NCBI RefSeq assembly: GCF_004010195.1
Contig: NC_057746.1
Coordinates: forward strand, 27,600,374-27,664,373
From: Chiloscyllium plagiosum
Taxonomy: Eukaryota
DNA length: 64,000 nt
Reading direction: 5' to 3'
Below the pieces are notes generated by a model. That model was given only the letters and a program-made list of their open reading frames with translations. It was not told where the DNA came from and searched no databases. Shown here piece after piece: positions 48,181-61,589 of the stretch (position 1 is its first letter; each line of letters opens with the position of its first letter). A program made the position numbers and the translations under genes.

Positions 48181-49344
48181 AGCTGAGATGCAGTCTGAGG
48201 GAGGTTTCAAAATCATGACTGGGCTGGATTGGAGTAGATAGGGAGAGACGTTTCCCACCTGTAGAAGGACCAAGACCAAGAAGGTGTTCTTGTCTTTTTC
48301 TCTATTTGAAGTGATCTACAAAAGAAGCAAACGTGAAGTGAGAAAAAACTTTTTCACTCAGCAAGTGTTTAGGGTGAAGAATGCACTGCTTGGAAAAGCA
48401 GCAATGGCAGGTTCATTTGTAGTACTCAAGAGTGCATTGGATGATGATTTGGACAAAAATAGTGTGTGAAGGAGGGCAAATGCAGGAGATTAGCACAATG
48501 TAATGATATTCATCGAAGGAGCTAGTTCAGGAATAATGGTTCTCCTTCCATGCTGTAACATTTCTTAGATTCTGGGCATTTCTGAAGCCTCTGCATTCAG
48601 CCACTGGCTCCAGTTCCTCCTTGCCCAATTGCAAGATTTTTTTCAGTGTAAACAAACAAAAACTGTGGATGTTGAAAATCGGAAATTGCTCAGTTTCTCA
48701 GCGGCTTCGGGGGGAAATTAGATCCTCAAAGTTCTGTTTTGAGCCAAGGTCACACATGCGTACCTCTCTCCAAATTGGACGTTTTGGGAACACCCCTGTC
48801 AATCCGACTGTGCTTGCGTGTCATTTAACAGTTAACTTGCGCACTGACGTCACTTACCATCCAAAGATTTCCTGGGCTGCAGGATTCCTGTTTGTAATGT
48901 TTCTAATGTTCCGCAAAAAACGTGATCAATCTTCTCTGAACTGCTTCCAAAGCAAGTATATCTTAAACAAAAAATATAAACCTCTTACACTTTTACCTGG
49001 GTTATTATCAAAGTTTTCTGATTGCTAATTTGGATCCTCTCTGATTGTTGTCAAATAACATTATTTGGAAACAACTAACTCTGTGAGCCATTTGGCACAT
49101 ACAGCTTTTTAAACAAACAAACTCAACCTATGGGGTATAGGCATCACGGGTAAAAGCAACATACGTTGTCAGTCCCAAGTTACCTCCTGAGAAGACGAAA
49201 ACGGGCCTTCTTCTTAAACCACTGCAGCCCATATGTTGACAATGTTGTTTGGTAGGCTGGGGAAGTCTAGAGGAAGGAACACTAATATATGCGTAAGTCA
49301 ACAAGATAATCTTCTGTTCATGTAGTTTTTTCAACCAAAGTCAA

Positions 49345-51178
49345 GAAAAGTGGGAACGTAGAGAGGAAATTGTGGGGCCCCTTGCAGGAATATTTTTATC
49401 ATCTATAACTATGGTTGAGGTACCGGATGACAAGAGAGTGATTAATGTTATGCCTTTGTTTAAGATGAAATGCAAGGAGAAGCCTGAGAAGTATACATCT
49501 GTGAGTCTGACTTTGGTGGGTAAATTGTTGGAGGTAATTCTGAAAGTTAGGATTTATATGTGTATGGAGAGACAAGGAATGATTAGGGATATCAGCATGG
49601 TTTCGTGTGAGGGAAATCCTGGCTCACAAACTTGATTGAATTTGTTGATGAAGTAACCAAGAAGAATCGAGAGGGCAGAGCGCTAGACATTGTTTACTTG
49701 GGCTTTAGTAAAGTCTTTGACAAGGTTCCACATGGTGGACTAATAAGTACATTAGATCACATGGGATTCAGGATGAGCTTGTCAATTAGATATAAAATTA
49801 GCTTAATGACAGGAGAGAAAGAGTGATGGAGGAGGGTTGCTTTTCGGACTGGAGGCCTGTTACTAGCAGTGTTCCACAGGGATCAGTGCTTGGTCCACTT
49901 TTGTTTGTCAGTTATATGAATGATTTAGATGAGAATATAGAAGACATCAAGAGGGATATGGATAGGGTAAATAGACAAGACCTTTTACCTGTGTTGGGTG
50001 GGTCCAGAACTAGAGCACATAGGTTTAGGGATGAGGGGGGAAAGATTTAAAAGAGACCTAAAGGGCAACTTTTCCACACAAAAGGTAGTGCATGTATGGA
50101 ATAAGCTACCAGAGAAAGTGGTGGAGGCTGGTACAATTACAACAGTTAAAAGGCATCTGGATGGTTAGGTACATGAATAGGAAGGGTTTAGAGGGATATA
50201 GCCAAGTGTTGGCAAATGGGACTAGATTAATTTAAAGGATCTGGTTGACTTGGACAAGTTTCCATGCTGTACATCTCTATGACTCTACGACATAGTAAGT
50301 TTGTGGATGACACCAAAATTGCTGATATAGTGGACAATGAAGAAGGTTATCTAAGATTACAAAGAGATCTTGATCAGTTGGTTGAATGGGCTGTGGGATA
50401 GCAGATGGAGTTTAATTTGGATAATTGTGAAGTATTGCATTTTGGTAAAACAAACAAGGGCAGGACTTATCCAATTAAAAGTAGGGTCTTGGGTAATAGC
50501 GAACAGAGAGATCCTGAAGTTCACAATTCTTTGAATTTTATGTCATACGTAGAGAGTGTGATTAAGAAAACATTTACCACGCTTGTCTTCTTGCTTAGAC
50601 CTTTGAAGAGAGGAGTTGGGACGTCATGTTGAAGTTGGACATTGGTGAGGACTCTTCTAGAGTACTGTGTCCAGTTCTGGTCACACTGTTATACGAAAGT
50701 TATTATTAAGATGGAGTGGGTTCAGAAGAGATTTACCAGGATGTTACAGGGAATAGAGGGTTTGAGTTATAAGGAGAGGCTGGATAGGCTGGGAGTTCTT
50801 TCACTAGAGAGTAGGAGGTTAAGCAATGACATAATAGAGGTTATAAAATCATGAGGGGTATAGATAAGGTGAATGGCAGGTGTTTTTCCCAGGGTGGGGA
50901 TTTCAAGACTGGGGACATATTTTTAAGGTGAGAGGATTTGAAAAAGACATGAGGGACAATGTTTTTACACAGAGAATGATTCATGTGTGGCATGGACTTC
51001 CAGAGGAAGTGGTGGATGCGGGTACAGTTACAACATTTAAAAGACATTCACTAAGTTCGTGAATAAATGTTTAGAGGTATATGGGCCAAGTGCAGGCAAG
51101 TGAGACTAGTTTAGTTTTGGATTATGGCCGGTATGGCCTGTTGGATCAAAGGGTCTGTTTCTGCGCTGTGTGACTCTG
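49345..51178 (+). mobile_element. CR1 RT/3' end with a second CR1 3' end nested at about 49948-50290
   Basis: [30 protein letters not shown]; nested piece bounded by gacat..gacat. Confidence 0.85.
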
Positions 51179-51500
51179 AATGCTTCCTTTTGTTTAACAA
51201 TTTCACAGGGGTGTCATACAGAAACATTTGATGTTGAGACATGTAAGGAAATATTATGGGTGGTGACCAAAATATTGGTCAAAGAGTAGATTATAATAGG
51301 ATTTCTTATGAAGAGGAATGATTCAGAAATAGAGATTTTTATCACAGGAATTCCAGAGTTTATGGCCTTAGGAGCTAAAGACACAACCACAATAAATAAG
51401 AAAAAGGGAAAATGCTGGATAAACTCAGAAGGTCTGGCAGCACCTGTACAGGAGTCCCTCTTCCCTACCTTTTATCTTAGCCTGCTTGGCACACCTTCCT

Positions 51501-51537
51501 CATTCCTGAAGAAGGGCTTATGCCCGAAACATCGATT
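51501..51537 (+). ncRNA. Minimal hammerhead motif (PLE-type), one CpG-type decay
   Basis: TC-CTGAAGA-A-GGGC-TTAT-GCCC-GAAAC-ATC-GA. Confidence 0.5.
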
Positions 51538-53413
51538 CTCCTGCTCCTTGGATGCTGCCTGACCTGTTGCACTTTTCCAGCAACACATTTTTAAGATCAG
51601 ATAAGAGAAGACCTATAAAGTGGGTGGGTTGTCTTATGGAGAAAAGTTGGATAGGCTGGTATCTACTGGAACTTGGAGTAAGAGGTAACTTGATTGAAAT
51701 CTACATGATCAGAGAGGTTTCAACGGGCTTCATGTGGAAATGATGTTTCCTTTAACAGTTAATCTAGAGCAAGAGGTCACTGTTTAAAAGATGTCACCCA
51801 CTGAAAACAGATGAGACAAGATACTTTCTCAAAGGGTCATGAGTCTTTGAAACACTTCCCGAAAAGGTAGTGTAAGCAGAAGGCCTCCAATTCTTTTGGG
51901 GAACATGTTGATTATTGGTAAATGGGGGGTGGGTGGGGGAAGGTGAAAGGGTATTGGGATAGAAAGGAATATGGATTTGTAGTTAGCATCAATCAGATCA
52001 GTATTGAACTTATTAAATGGAGTCAGCTTGATGGGCCAAATGCCTGAAACTTGTTTTTTGTTTGTATGTACATATTCTGTTGTTAGTAATATCCAAGGTA
52101 GGACCATCCTCATTGGCATCAGTTTCTGTAGATGTTAGTAATCAAAAACCAAATTAAAGGGAGTAGTATTCTGGATAAAATCATTATTAAAACAAGGTTT
52201 GTGTTGAACCCAGTGTGTTAACTTGTTTTGTTTTTAAAAACATTACACTAATTAGTTATTTCTATGAAGGCTTGCTGCCTTCAGTTTTGTCACTGAAAGC
52301 AAGTGTGAGGAACTCACCAACCTCTTGACCACTAAGACTGATACCAGCTGCTGCCTCCCTCCCATCCAACAGTCGCCAATTGTCCTTTCTCTAATTTTTC
52401 TCCTATCCTGCCTTATGCTGATAATATGATCTACACTGCACTGGGGAGACCAAACATATGGTCACACTTTCATTCAACACCCAGGTTTTCCAGTGGTCTG
52501 TTATTTTAATTCTTGTCCTTGCTCTCACACTGGCATTTCAATCCTCCATATTGCTGCCTGCCCTGCTTTGCTTTTCTAGCACCACACACTCGGCTACTGT
52601 ATTGTTCCAGTCAGGCTCAATGGAAGTTTGAGGAATAGCATGTTATCTTTTGATGGGGCATTTTATAGACTGTGGGCTCCATATGAGCTCAACAATTTCA
52701 GACCATAATCACTCTTGCTTTTGGCACATTTTGTTGTTTCTTTCAATGCCCCAACATTCAATTTATCTGAAAGCATTTTATTCTCATCATCATTTTGTCT
52801 TTTTCCCCACCCAATTCTTGCTGAAACATCTATTTTATTTTTAACTTTTACCAATTGGGATGAAAGGTCACAAAACTGATGCATCCACTGTTCCTTTCCA
52901 CATGTTATTTATTAACTGTTACGTACTTGTAACCTGGGAGTTACCTCGTACTTGTAACCTGTCTGTTTTTGTTTCCATACTTGGGGTAAGAGTTCACTCT
53001 TATATTTTGGTCTGGGACTGAATAATATTCACTGTTTTATATTCTAGTCATAGCATAAGCCCATGTGACCTTTTATGCCTTGCCTGAAACAGGACCTCAG
53101 TTTCAGATAAGGAAGGTATAATGATGCTGACAGTCAGTATACTGTCAGTACAGTAGAGGAAGTGCGTTTTGTGACTAGATTCTCATATGTGAGAGACTTG
53201 AACTTATGACCTAGTGACTTGTTGAGAGTGCAATCCACAAACATTGAGACCACTATAAAGTTGCTGGTTTCACTTTCCAAAGCTTGCCTAGGTGAATGCC
53301 TCCGTGTGACTCTCAACAGGGCTTTTAGCCATTAAAACACCACAGCCAACTCAATCCTCTTATCCATAATCCATCAGGGTGTGTTTCTTTCAGGCAGCTC
53401 ACCTGATCGAGGC

Positions 53414-56400
53414 ACATAGAGTAATAGAGATGTACAGAATGGAAACAGACCCTTCAGTCCAACCCGTCCATGCCAACCAGATATCCCAACTCAATCTAGT
53501 CCCACCTGCCAACACCCAGCCCATATCCCTCCAAACCTTTCCTATTCAGATACCCGTCCAAATGCCTTCTAAAAGTTGCAATTATATCAGCCTCCAACAC
53601 TTCATCTGGCAGCTAATTCCATACACTTACCACCCTCTGCATGAAAAAGGTGCCCCTTAGGTCCCTTTTATATCTTTTCCCTCTCATCCAAAACCTATGC
53701 CCTCTAGTTCTGGACTCCCCCACCCCAGGGAAAAGGCTTTGTCTATTTATCCTATCCATGCCCCTCATAATTTTGAAAACCTCTATAATGTCACCTCTCG
53801 GCCTCTGACGCTCCAGGGAAAACAGCCCCGGCCTGTTCAGCCTCTCTGCATAGCTCAAATCCTCCAACCCTGGCAACATCCTTGTAAATCTTTTCTGAGC
53901 CCTTTCAAGTTTCACAACATCTTTCCGATAGGAAGGAGACCAGAATTGCACGCAATATTCCAACAGTGGCCTAACCGAGGTAGTGTACAGCCACAACATG
54001 ACCTCCCAACTTCTGTACTCAACATTCAGAACAATAAAAGAAAGCACACCAAGCACCTTCTTCACTATCCTATCTACCTGCGACTCCACTTTCAAGCAGC
54101 TGTGAACCTGCACTCCAAGGTCTCTTTGTTCACCAACACTCTCTAGGACCTTACCATTAAGTGTAGAAGTCCTGCTAAGATTTACTTTCCCAAAATGCAA
54201 ATGCAGCACCTCGCATTTATCTGAATTAAACTCCATCTGCCACTTCTTGGCCCATTGGCCCATTTGATCAAGATCCTGTTGTAAACTGAGGTAACCTTCT
54301 TCGCTGTCCACTACACCTCCAATTTTGATGTCATCTGCAAATTTACTAACTGCACCTCTTATGCTCGCATCCAAATCATTTATGTAAATGACAAAAAGTA
54401 GAGGACCCAGCACCAATCCTTGTGGCACTCCACAGGTCACAGGCCTCCAGTCTTCTACCTTTGAGCCAAATGGCTAGTTCTCCATTTATTCAGTGAGATG
54501 GAACCTTGCTAACCAGTCTCCCATGGGGAACCTTGTCAAACGCCTTACTGAAGTCTATATAGATCACATCTACCACTCTGCCCTCATCAATCCTTTTTGT
54601 TACTTCTTCAAAAAACTCAGTCAAGTTTGTGAGACACGATTTCCCACACACAAAGCCATGTTGACTATCCCCTAATCAGTCCTTGCCTTTCCAAATACAT
54701 GTACATCCTGTCTGTCAGGATTCCCTCCAACAATTTGCCCACCACCGACGTCAGGCTCACTGGTCTATAGTTTCCTGGCTTGTCCTTACCACCCTTCTTA
54801 ACAGTGGCAGCACGTTAGCCAACCTGCAGTCTTCCGCCATCTCACCTTTGACTATCGATGATACAAATATCTCAGCAAGAGGCTCAGCAATCACTCCTCT
54901 AGCTTCCCACAGAGTTCTCGGGTACACCTGATCAGGTCCTGGGGGTTTTTCCACCTTTATGCGTTTCAAGATATCCAGCACTTCCTCTTCTGTAAAATGG
55001 ACATTTTGCAAAGTGTCACCATCTATTTTGCTACTTTCTATATTATCCTTATCCTTTTCCACAATAAACACTGATGCAAAATACTCGTTTACTATCTTCC
55101 CCATTTTCTACGGCTCCACACAAAGGCCGCCTTGCTGATCTTTGAGAAGCCCTTTTCTCTCCCTAGTTATCCTTTTGTCCATAATGTATTTGTAAAATCC
55201 CTTTGGAATCTCCTTAACTCTATTTTCCAAAGCTATCTCATGTCCCCATTTTGCCCTCCTGATTTCCCTCTTAAGTATACTCCTACCGCCTTTTTCTCTT
55301 TGAAGGATTCACTCTATCTATCCTGTCTTTCTTCTTTTTCTTAACCAAACCCTCAATTTCTTTAGTCATCCAGCATTCCCTATACCTACCAGCCTTTCCT
55401 TTCACTCTAACAGGAATATACATTCTCTGGATTTTCGTTATCACATTTCTGAAAGCTTCCCATTTTCCAGCCGTCCCTTTTACCTGTGAACATCTGCCCC
55501 CAATCAGCTTTTGAGAGTTCTTGCCTAATACCATCAAAATTGGTCTTTCCGCAATTTAGAACTTTAACTTTTAGATCTGGTCTATCCTTTTCCATTACTA
55601 TTTAAATCTAATAGAATTATGGTCGCTGGCCCCAAAGTGCTCCTCCACTGACACCTCAGTCACCTGCCCTGCCTTATTTCCCAAGAGTATATCAAGTTTT
55701 GCACCTTCTCCAGTCGGTACATTCACATACTGAATCAAAAAATTTTCTTGTACACACTTAAGAAATTCCTCTCCATCTAAACCTTTAACACTATGGCAGT
55801 CCCAGTTTATGTTTGGAAAGTTAAAATCCCCTACCATAACAACCCTAATTATTCGCACAGATAGCTGAGATCTCCTTATAAGTTTGTTTCTGAATTTCCC
55901 TCTGACTATTAGGGGGTCTATAATACAATCCCAATAAGGTGATCATCCATTTCTTATTTCTCAGTTCCACCCAAATAACTTCCCTGGATGTATTTCTGGG
56001 AATATCCTCCCCCAGCACAGCTGTAATGCTATCCCTTATCAAAAATGCCACTCCCCCAACTCTCTTGCCTCCCTTTCGATCCTTCCCATAGCATTTGTAT
56101 CCTGGAATATTAAGCTGCCAGTCCTGCCCATCTTTGAGCCATGTTTCTGTAATTGCTATGATATCCCAGTCCCATGTTCCTAACCATGCCCTGAGTTCAT
56201 CTGCCTTCCCTGTTAGGCCCCTTGCATTGAAGTAAATACACTTTATTAGTCCTACCTTGTCCCAGCTGCCCTGACCGTTTGACTCACTTCTGTTCTCAAC
56301 TGTACCAGTCTCAGATTGATCTCTTTCCTCACTATCTCCCTGGGTTACCCCCCCCCCACAATCTTACTAGTTTAAATCCTCCCAAGCAGCTCTAGCAAAT

Positions 56401-57540
56401 CTCCCTGCCACTATATTAGTCCCCTTCCAATTTAGATGCAATCCGTCCTTCTTGTACAGGTCACTTCTACCCCAAAAGAGATCCAATGGTCCAAAAATGT
56501 GAATCCTTCTCCCATGCACCAGCTCCTCTGCCGTGCATCCATCTGCTCTATCCTCCTATTCCTCCCTCACTAGCTTGTAGCACTGGGAGTAATCCATATA
56601 TTACTACTCTCGAAGACCTCCTTTTTAAATTTCTGCCTAACTGTCTGTAATATTCCTTCAGAATCTCAACCTTTTCCCTTCCTATGTCATTGGTTCCTAT
56701 GTGGACCTCATGCTGGCCCTTTGCCACCTTGAGAACATTTTGCACCCTCTCAGAGACATTCTTGATCCTGGCATCAGGGAAGCAATACACCATTCTGATT
56801 TTTTGCTGCTGGCCACAGAAACGTCTGTCTGTACCTTGGACAAGAGAGTCCCCTAACACAATTGATCTCTTGGTGGGCGGCACGGTGGCACAGTGGTTAG
56901 CACTGCTGCCTCGCAGCGCCAGAGACCCGGGTTCAATTCCCGCCTCAGGCGACTGACTGTGTGGAGTTTGCACATTCTCCCCGTGTCTGCGTGGGTTTCC
57001 TCCGGGTGCTCCGGTTTCCTCCCACAGTCCAAAGATGTGCAGGTCAGGTGAATTGGCCATGTTAAACTGTCCGTAGTGTTAGGTAAGGGGTAAATGTAGG
57101 GGTATGGGTGGGTTGCGCTTCGGCGGGTCGGTGTGGACTTGTTGGGCCGAAGGGTCTATTTCCACACTGTAAAGTAATCTAATCTAATAACCCTCATTGC
57201 ATTAGAGCCAGTCTCAATTAGCTGTTTGTGCTACATTCCCCTGAGAATCCATCACTCCCTACATTTTCCAAAACAGCATACTTGTTTGAAATGTATATAG
57301 CCACAGAAGGCTCCTGCACTAGCTGGTCCCCTAACACAATTGATCTCTTGGAACCCGACATAACCCTCATTGCATTAGAGCCAGTCTCAATTAGCTGTTT
57401 GTGCTACACTCCCCTGAGAATCCATCACACCCTACATTTTCCAAAACAGCATACTTGTTTGAAATGTATATAGCCACAGAAGGCTCCTGCACTAGCTGCC
57501 TACCTCTCTTACCTTTCCTGCAGTTAACTCATCTATGTGA
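53414..57540 (-). mobile_element. Near full-length CR1/HER1 LINE (esterase-type ORF1, APE endonuclease, RT), degenerate
   Basis: ORF1 IVLGDSLVQGTDRRFC..VHIGTNDIG; EN LYYRPPNS, VGDFNFPNINW, ASDHN; RT GVPQGLVLGP, SKFADD; 3' tail at about 53414. Confidence 0.93.
56875..57187 (+). mobile_element. HE1 SINE inserted in CR1 ORF1
   Basis: gggcggcacggtggcacagtggttagcactgctgcc...(aatct)n. Confidence 0.92.
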
Positions 57541-57924
57541 CATCTTTTGTTTCTTTCTCCCACCTCCACTTCCCTTTGGCTGCGGTGGAACAACATTTCT
57601 GGTCATGGTTAGAGTGGTGCTGGAAAAGCATAGCAGGTCAGGTAGCATCTGAGGAGCAGGAAAATTGATGTTTCAGGCAAAAGCCCTTCATCAGGAATGG
57701 TGTCATTTCTGGTCATTTAGTCTTTCCTGCCTGTCACCCTATTACTGACCTTACTTTAGATCTATTCCCATGCATTCCTTGCTCAAAATCTATTCTATTG
57801 TATTAACTGCCACCTAAACTGTGCAATGCCCTGCTAAGTTTCAATATCCAAGAACATTGATCTCCCTCACTCTGTAAGTTTACAACCAATGGACTTCTGC
57901 TTTTTGAATACTACATTCAAGTCT

Positions 57925-58370
57925 GCTCTCCCCACTATGCGAAAGATGTTGTTAAACTTGAAAGTGTGCATAAAAGACTTACAAGCGACAGGCTGAACAG
58001 GCTGGGGTCATTTTCCCTGGAGCATCAGAGTTTATGGGGTGATATTATAGAGATTTATAAAATCAAGAGGGAGAGGTGGATAGGGTGAGCAGCCAAGGTC
58101 TTCTTCCCAGGGTAAGAGTGTACAAAAATAGAGGGAATAGGTTTAAGGTGTGAGGGAAAAGATTTAAAAAGGAACATGAGGGACAACTTTTTCACACAGA
58201 AGGTGGGGCGTGTATGGAATGAGCTGCCAGAGGAAGTGGTGGAGGCTGGTACAATTACAACATTTAAAAGGCATCTGGATGGGTATATGAGTAGGGAGGC
58301 TTTAGAGGGATGTGGACCAAATGATTAGGTTAGGATATCCGGTCGAGTTGGACTGAAGGGGCTGTTTACT
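57925..58370 (+). mobile_element. CR1 3' fragment
   Basis: ttttcacacagaaggtggggcgtgtatggaatgagctgccagagg. Confidence 0.8.
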
Positions 58371-58639
58371 TCGATGATGCCAAGTATGTTGTTGTTGTTG
58401 CTGCCGCTGTACATGCCTCTGTGTTGCCATGATGTGGAGTTACCTGATGAAGAAGCAGCGCTATGAAAGCTAGTGCTTCCAAATAAACCTGTTGGACTAT
58501 AACCTGGCGTTGTGTGATTTTTAATTATGCCTCTGGGTGTTAGCGAGTCGCTCATTTATTAATTTATGCACCTGGTTCTAGATTGACAAACGGATGACGA
58601 AGTGCAATCATTTGACTGCTTTGCCGTCCAACAGTCAGA

Positions 58640-58950
58640 AGCCATTAAACAGACATCGCGGCCTCCATTGAATGACCTTCCCGTACTCGCCGCCCGGTAC
58701 CTCCCGCTGCAAGACTCGTCCCCATGCCGCTGCCTCCCAACAACGAGGCTCCTCATTGGTTCACTGGAACAGGAAGGAGCCGGCGCCAATTGGTCGGTCT
58801 CGACATCGATCGAGACGGGATGGGCGGAGACGTATCATACGCTCCGGAGCTGATTGGAGAACCGCGACGCCAATCAAACGGCGGGTGCAAGTCACATCGC
58901 GTGAGGCCCCGCCCCATCGATTCAAGCTTGTGAAGGTTCCAGGTTGACCA
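58640..58950. promoter_or_regulatory. CpG island promoter upstream of ZCCHC17
   Basis: CpG-dense; several CCAAT/ATTGG boxes (about 58756, 58787, 58853, 58870) and GC boxes (GGGCGG about 58822, CCCCGCCCC about 58907). Confidence 0.7.
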
Positions 58951-59534
58951 GGCCCTTGGTTTGTGGATGATATTGCAACTTATTTTTGTTTCTGTCTTTA
59001 TCTGTGTGTGTTGTCTGTGATGTTCTGATTAACTGGCCAGACATTTAACCTGGCAATTTAGTTTGAGGTCACCTTGTAGTGACTGGTAGCTGGAAAGCTT
59101 TATGTACAACTGCTGGATTCCAGTTATACTGCAGAATGTGCATCAGGAGTCCCAAAGGAATCCCTGTGAAATTACAATACAGTAAAGTAAAAGACTGCAG
59201 ATGCTGGAGGCCTGAAATAAAATCAACAGGTCTGGCAGAACCTGGGGAGACAAAACAGAGGGAGACTTTGTGAAATTATGTTTCTGTGTCAGATTACAGT
59301 ACCACCTTGGCTTGCTTAGGTTAGGTTTGATTAAATCGGTTTCTTCCCTTCACTTGCCTTAGGATTTGGATGTGTGAGCTATGTGATCTTGAACGTCTTT
59401 TGTTGCTCATTTGTTGCCCAGAGTTTGAATTGGTAACAGTGGAGAAACTGTCTGTGTTTGTGCTCATTACTGCACTGAATCTAACAGTATGTCCATATTG
59501 GTGCAGAGTAACACAAAAGTCCTGTAATTATTCA

Positions 59535-59765
59535 GTTAAAAATCACACAAAACCAGGTTATAGTCCAACAGGTTTATTTGGAAGTACTAGCTTTTAGAAC
59601 GCTGCTCCACTGATGAAGGGCTTTTGCCTGAAATGTCGATTTTCCTGCTCCTTGGATGCTGCTGACCTGCTGTGCTTTTCCAGCACCACACTCTCGATTA
59701 TAACCTGGTGTTGTGTGATTTTTAACTTTGTACTACCCCAGTCCAACACTGGCATCTCCAAATCA
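59535..59765. mobile_element. Nested PLE-type repeats with inverted ends and a hammerhead core (CTGATGA at 59610)
   Basis: CTGATGA-A-GGGC-TTTT-GCCT-GAAAT-GTC, inside gttaaaaatcacac...gtgtgatttttaac. Confidence 0.6.
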
Positions 59766-60802
59766 TGACTGTAATTATTCAGTTCCCTACGGCATACAGT
59801 GCTGGAATCACTCCCCAGAGTGCAATCAATGGAAAATTCTGTGCGTTATTGTGAATTTGCACTCTAGCACTGGCTGCCTTTCTCCCTTCTGTGAAATGGA
59901 AACCCTTTGAAAGATTCATATTCTATGCAGTGCAATGTAAATGCATTTATAATGTTGTGCTAACTTCACAGCTCCTGCTAAGCACTTCCTTGACCATAAA
60001 AAACTTACTTGTATATTTTTTAAAAGTGTCATCAGGTATGTTGTGAACACACTCCTATAGAAGGTTGGATAAACTTAAACCTTCTGGCCCATAAGTAGGG
60101 ACACTGCTTCTAAACCTCAAAAGCACTTGAAAGCTTTCTTTTATGTTTGTAGAATATTAGATCTTTCCATATTAATATTTTTTTTGAAAAAAGTATATAT
60201 TTCATGAAAGCATTGCCTCTGATTTAACATTGACCTGAATCCATTTACAATACTTCATTTTCTTATATGAGTATTCAGAGACACTGTGAATGACATGACA
60301 TGCGCTTTTATTTTCTGGTTTATTGTGTGTGAAAATTTAATTGTGATCAGAGGTTTATCTGCTTTCAGGTCGACTTACGAACATCAGTGCTTCTGCATGC
60401 CGAGGCATCGGGTTCCAACATTGATTAGGAAAGGATAACTCACGCCATTGAGATATCTTGATCTTTGTGGAGAGCTTTCTTCGGAGTTAGTAGTGAGTGC
60501 CATTGCTGACCATGACATCAGAGCAAGTGTTAATAAAACTTGTTGCTTATTAGGATACCTGTAGTAATGTACCTGCAACCATAGATATATGAGGAGAAAA
60601 GTGCTGAGATGGGTTGGCTCAGAGGCAACTCACAATGACAAACAAACAGCCTGAAAAGTGTTAGGTAAGCAGTTGCATGCTAGTTAATAACATTGATTCA
60701 GATTGTAGAGCACTATAACTAGTGATTCAGCCGTTGCAGTAGGCTCCAATAACTCTTCAGATAGTGATAGTCTGAATTTACTTTTTATATGTACCCTTTA
60801 AT

Positions 60803-61058
60803 TTTGCACATTCTCCCTATGTCTGCTGGGTTTCCTCCGGGTGCTCCGGCTGCCTCCCGTAATCCAAAGATGTGCAGGTTAGGTAAATTGGCCATGCTAA
60901 ATTGCCCATAGTGTTCAGAGTTGTGGAGGTTAGGTGCATTAGTCAGGGGTACATGTAGAGTAATAGGGTAGGGGAATGGGTCTGGGTGTGTTAATCTTCG
61001 GAGGGTTGGTATGGACTAGTTGGGCTGAATGGCTTGTTTCACGCTGTATAGATTCTAT
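60803..61058 (+). mobile_element. HE1/V-SINE 3' portion
   Basis: gggtttcctccgggtgctccgg...tccaaagatgtgcaggttagg. Confidence 0.8.
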
Positions 61059-61589
61059 GTTTCAAGGATAAGTGATGTGAATTTTGAAATGCAACATCTT
61101 TTGTTTCAGTCAGAAGGCTGGCTGGTACTTGCACAGTTTTTCATGAATGGAAGCTTTATAAAAGCTACACCGGGAGATATTGACATCTCTATTCTCTCCA
61201 GCACTTTTTTTCTAATGAAGCCAGCCAAGAGCAAATAAGCTGATATAATGTAACAAGTAATTTGTCCATAGAACTTTGCTGAACATAGTATTTCTGGTTT
61301 GGGATAATTAATTGTTGCTGAAGGAATTGCAGGTGAATGAAATTTCATGATTTACAGCAATTCACTAAGACCCAACATCACTTGCGGGTGATCGGGAAAT
61401 GCAACTTTGTCAGAATTGCACCAGATGCATGAGTGTATGTTTTCAAAACCTGTATATTTTTGTTTCTTTAATCCAGATCTTCCTGATAGAAGACAGTTTG
61501 AAATAAATGTTTATCTGGAATATGGTCGTCATCTCAAGCATCTTTCAAGGGTTCTACTCTTTTCTTAATATACTGTAGGTTGTATAAAG

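Noticed and set aside
56875-56950. tRNA-like heads with A/B boxes in many repeats
   Set aside because: HE1 SINE heads, with no proper cloverleaf.
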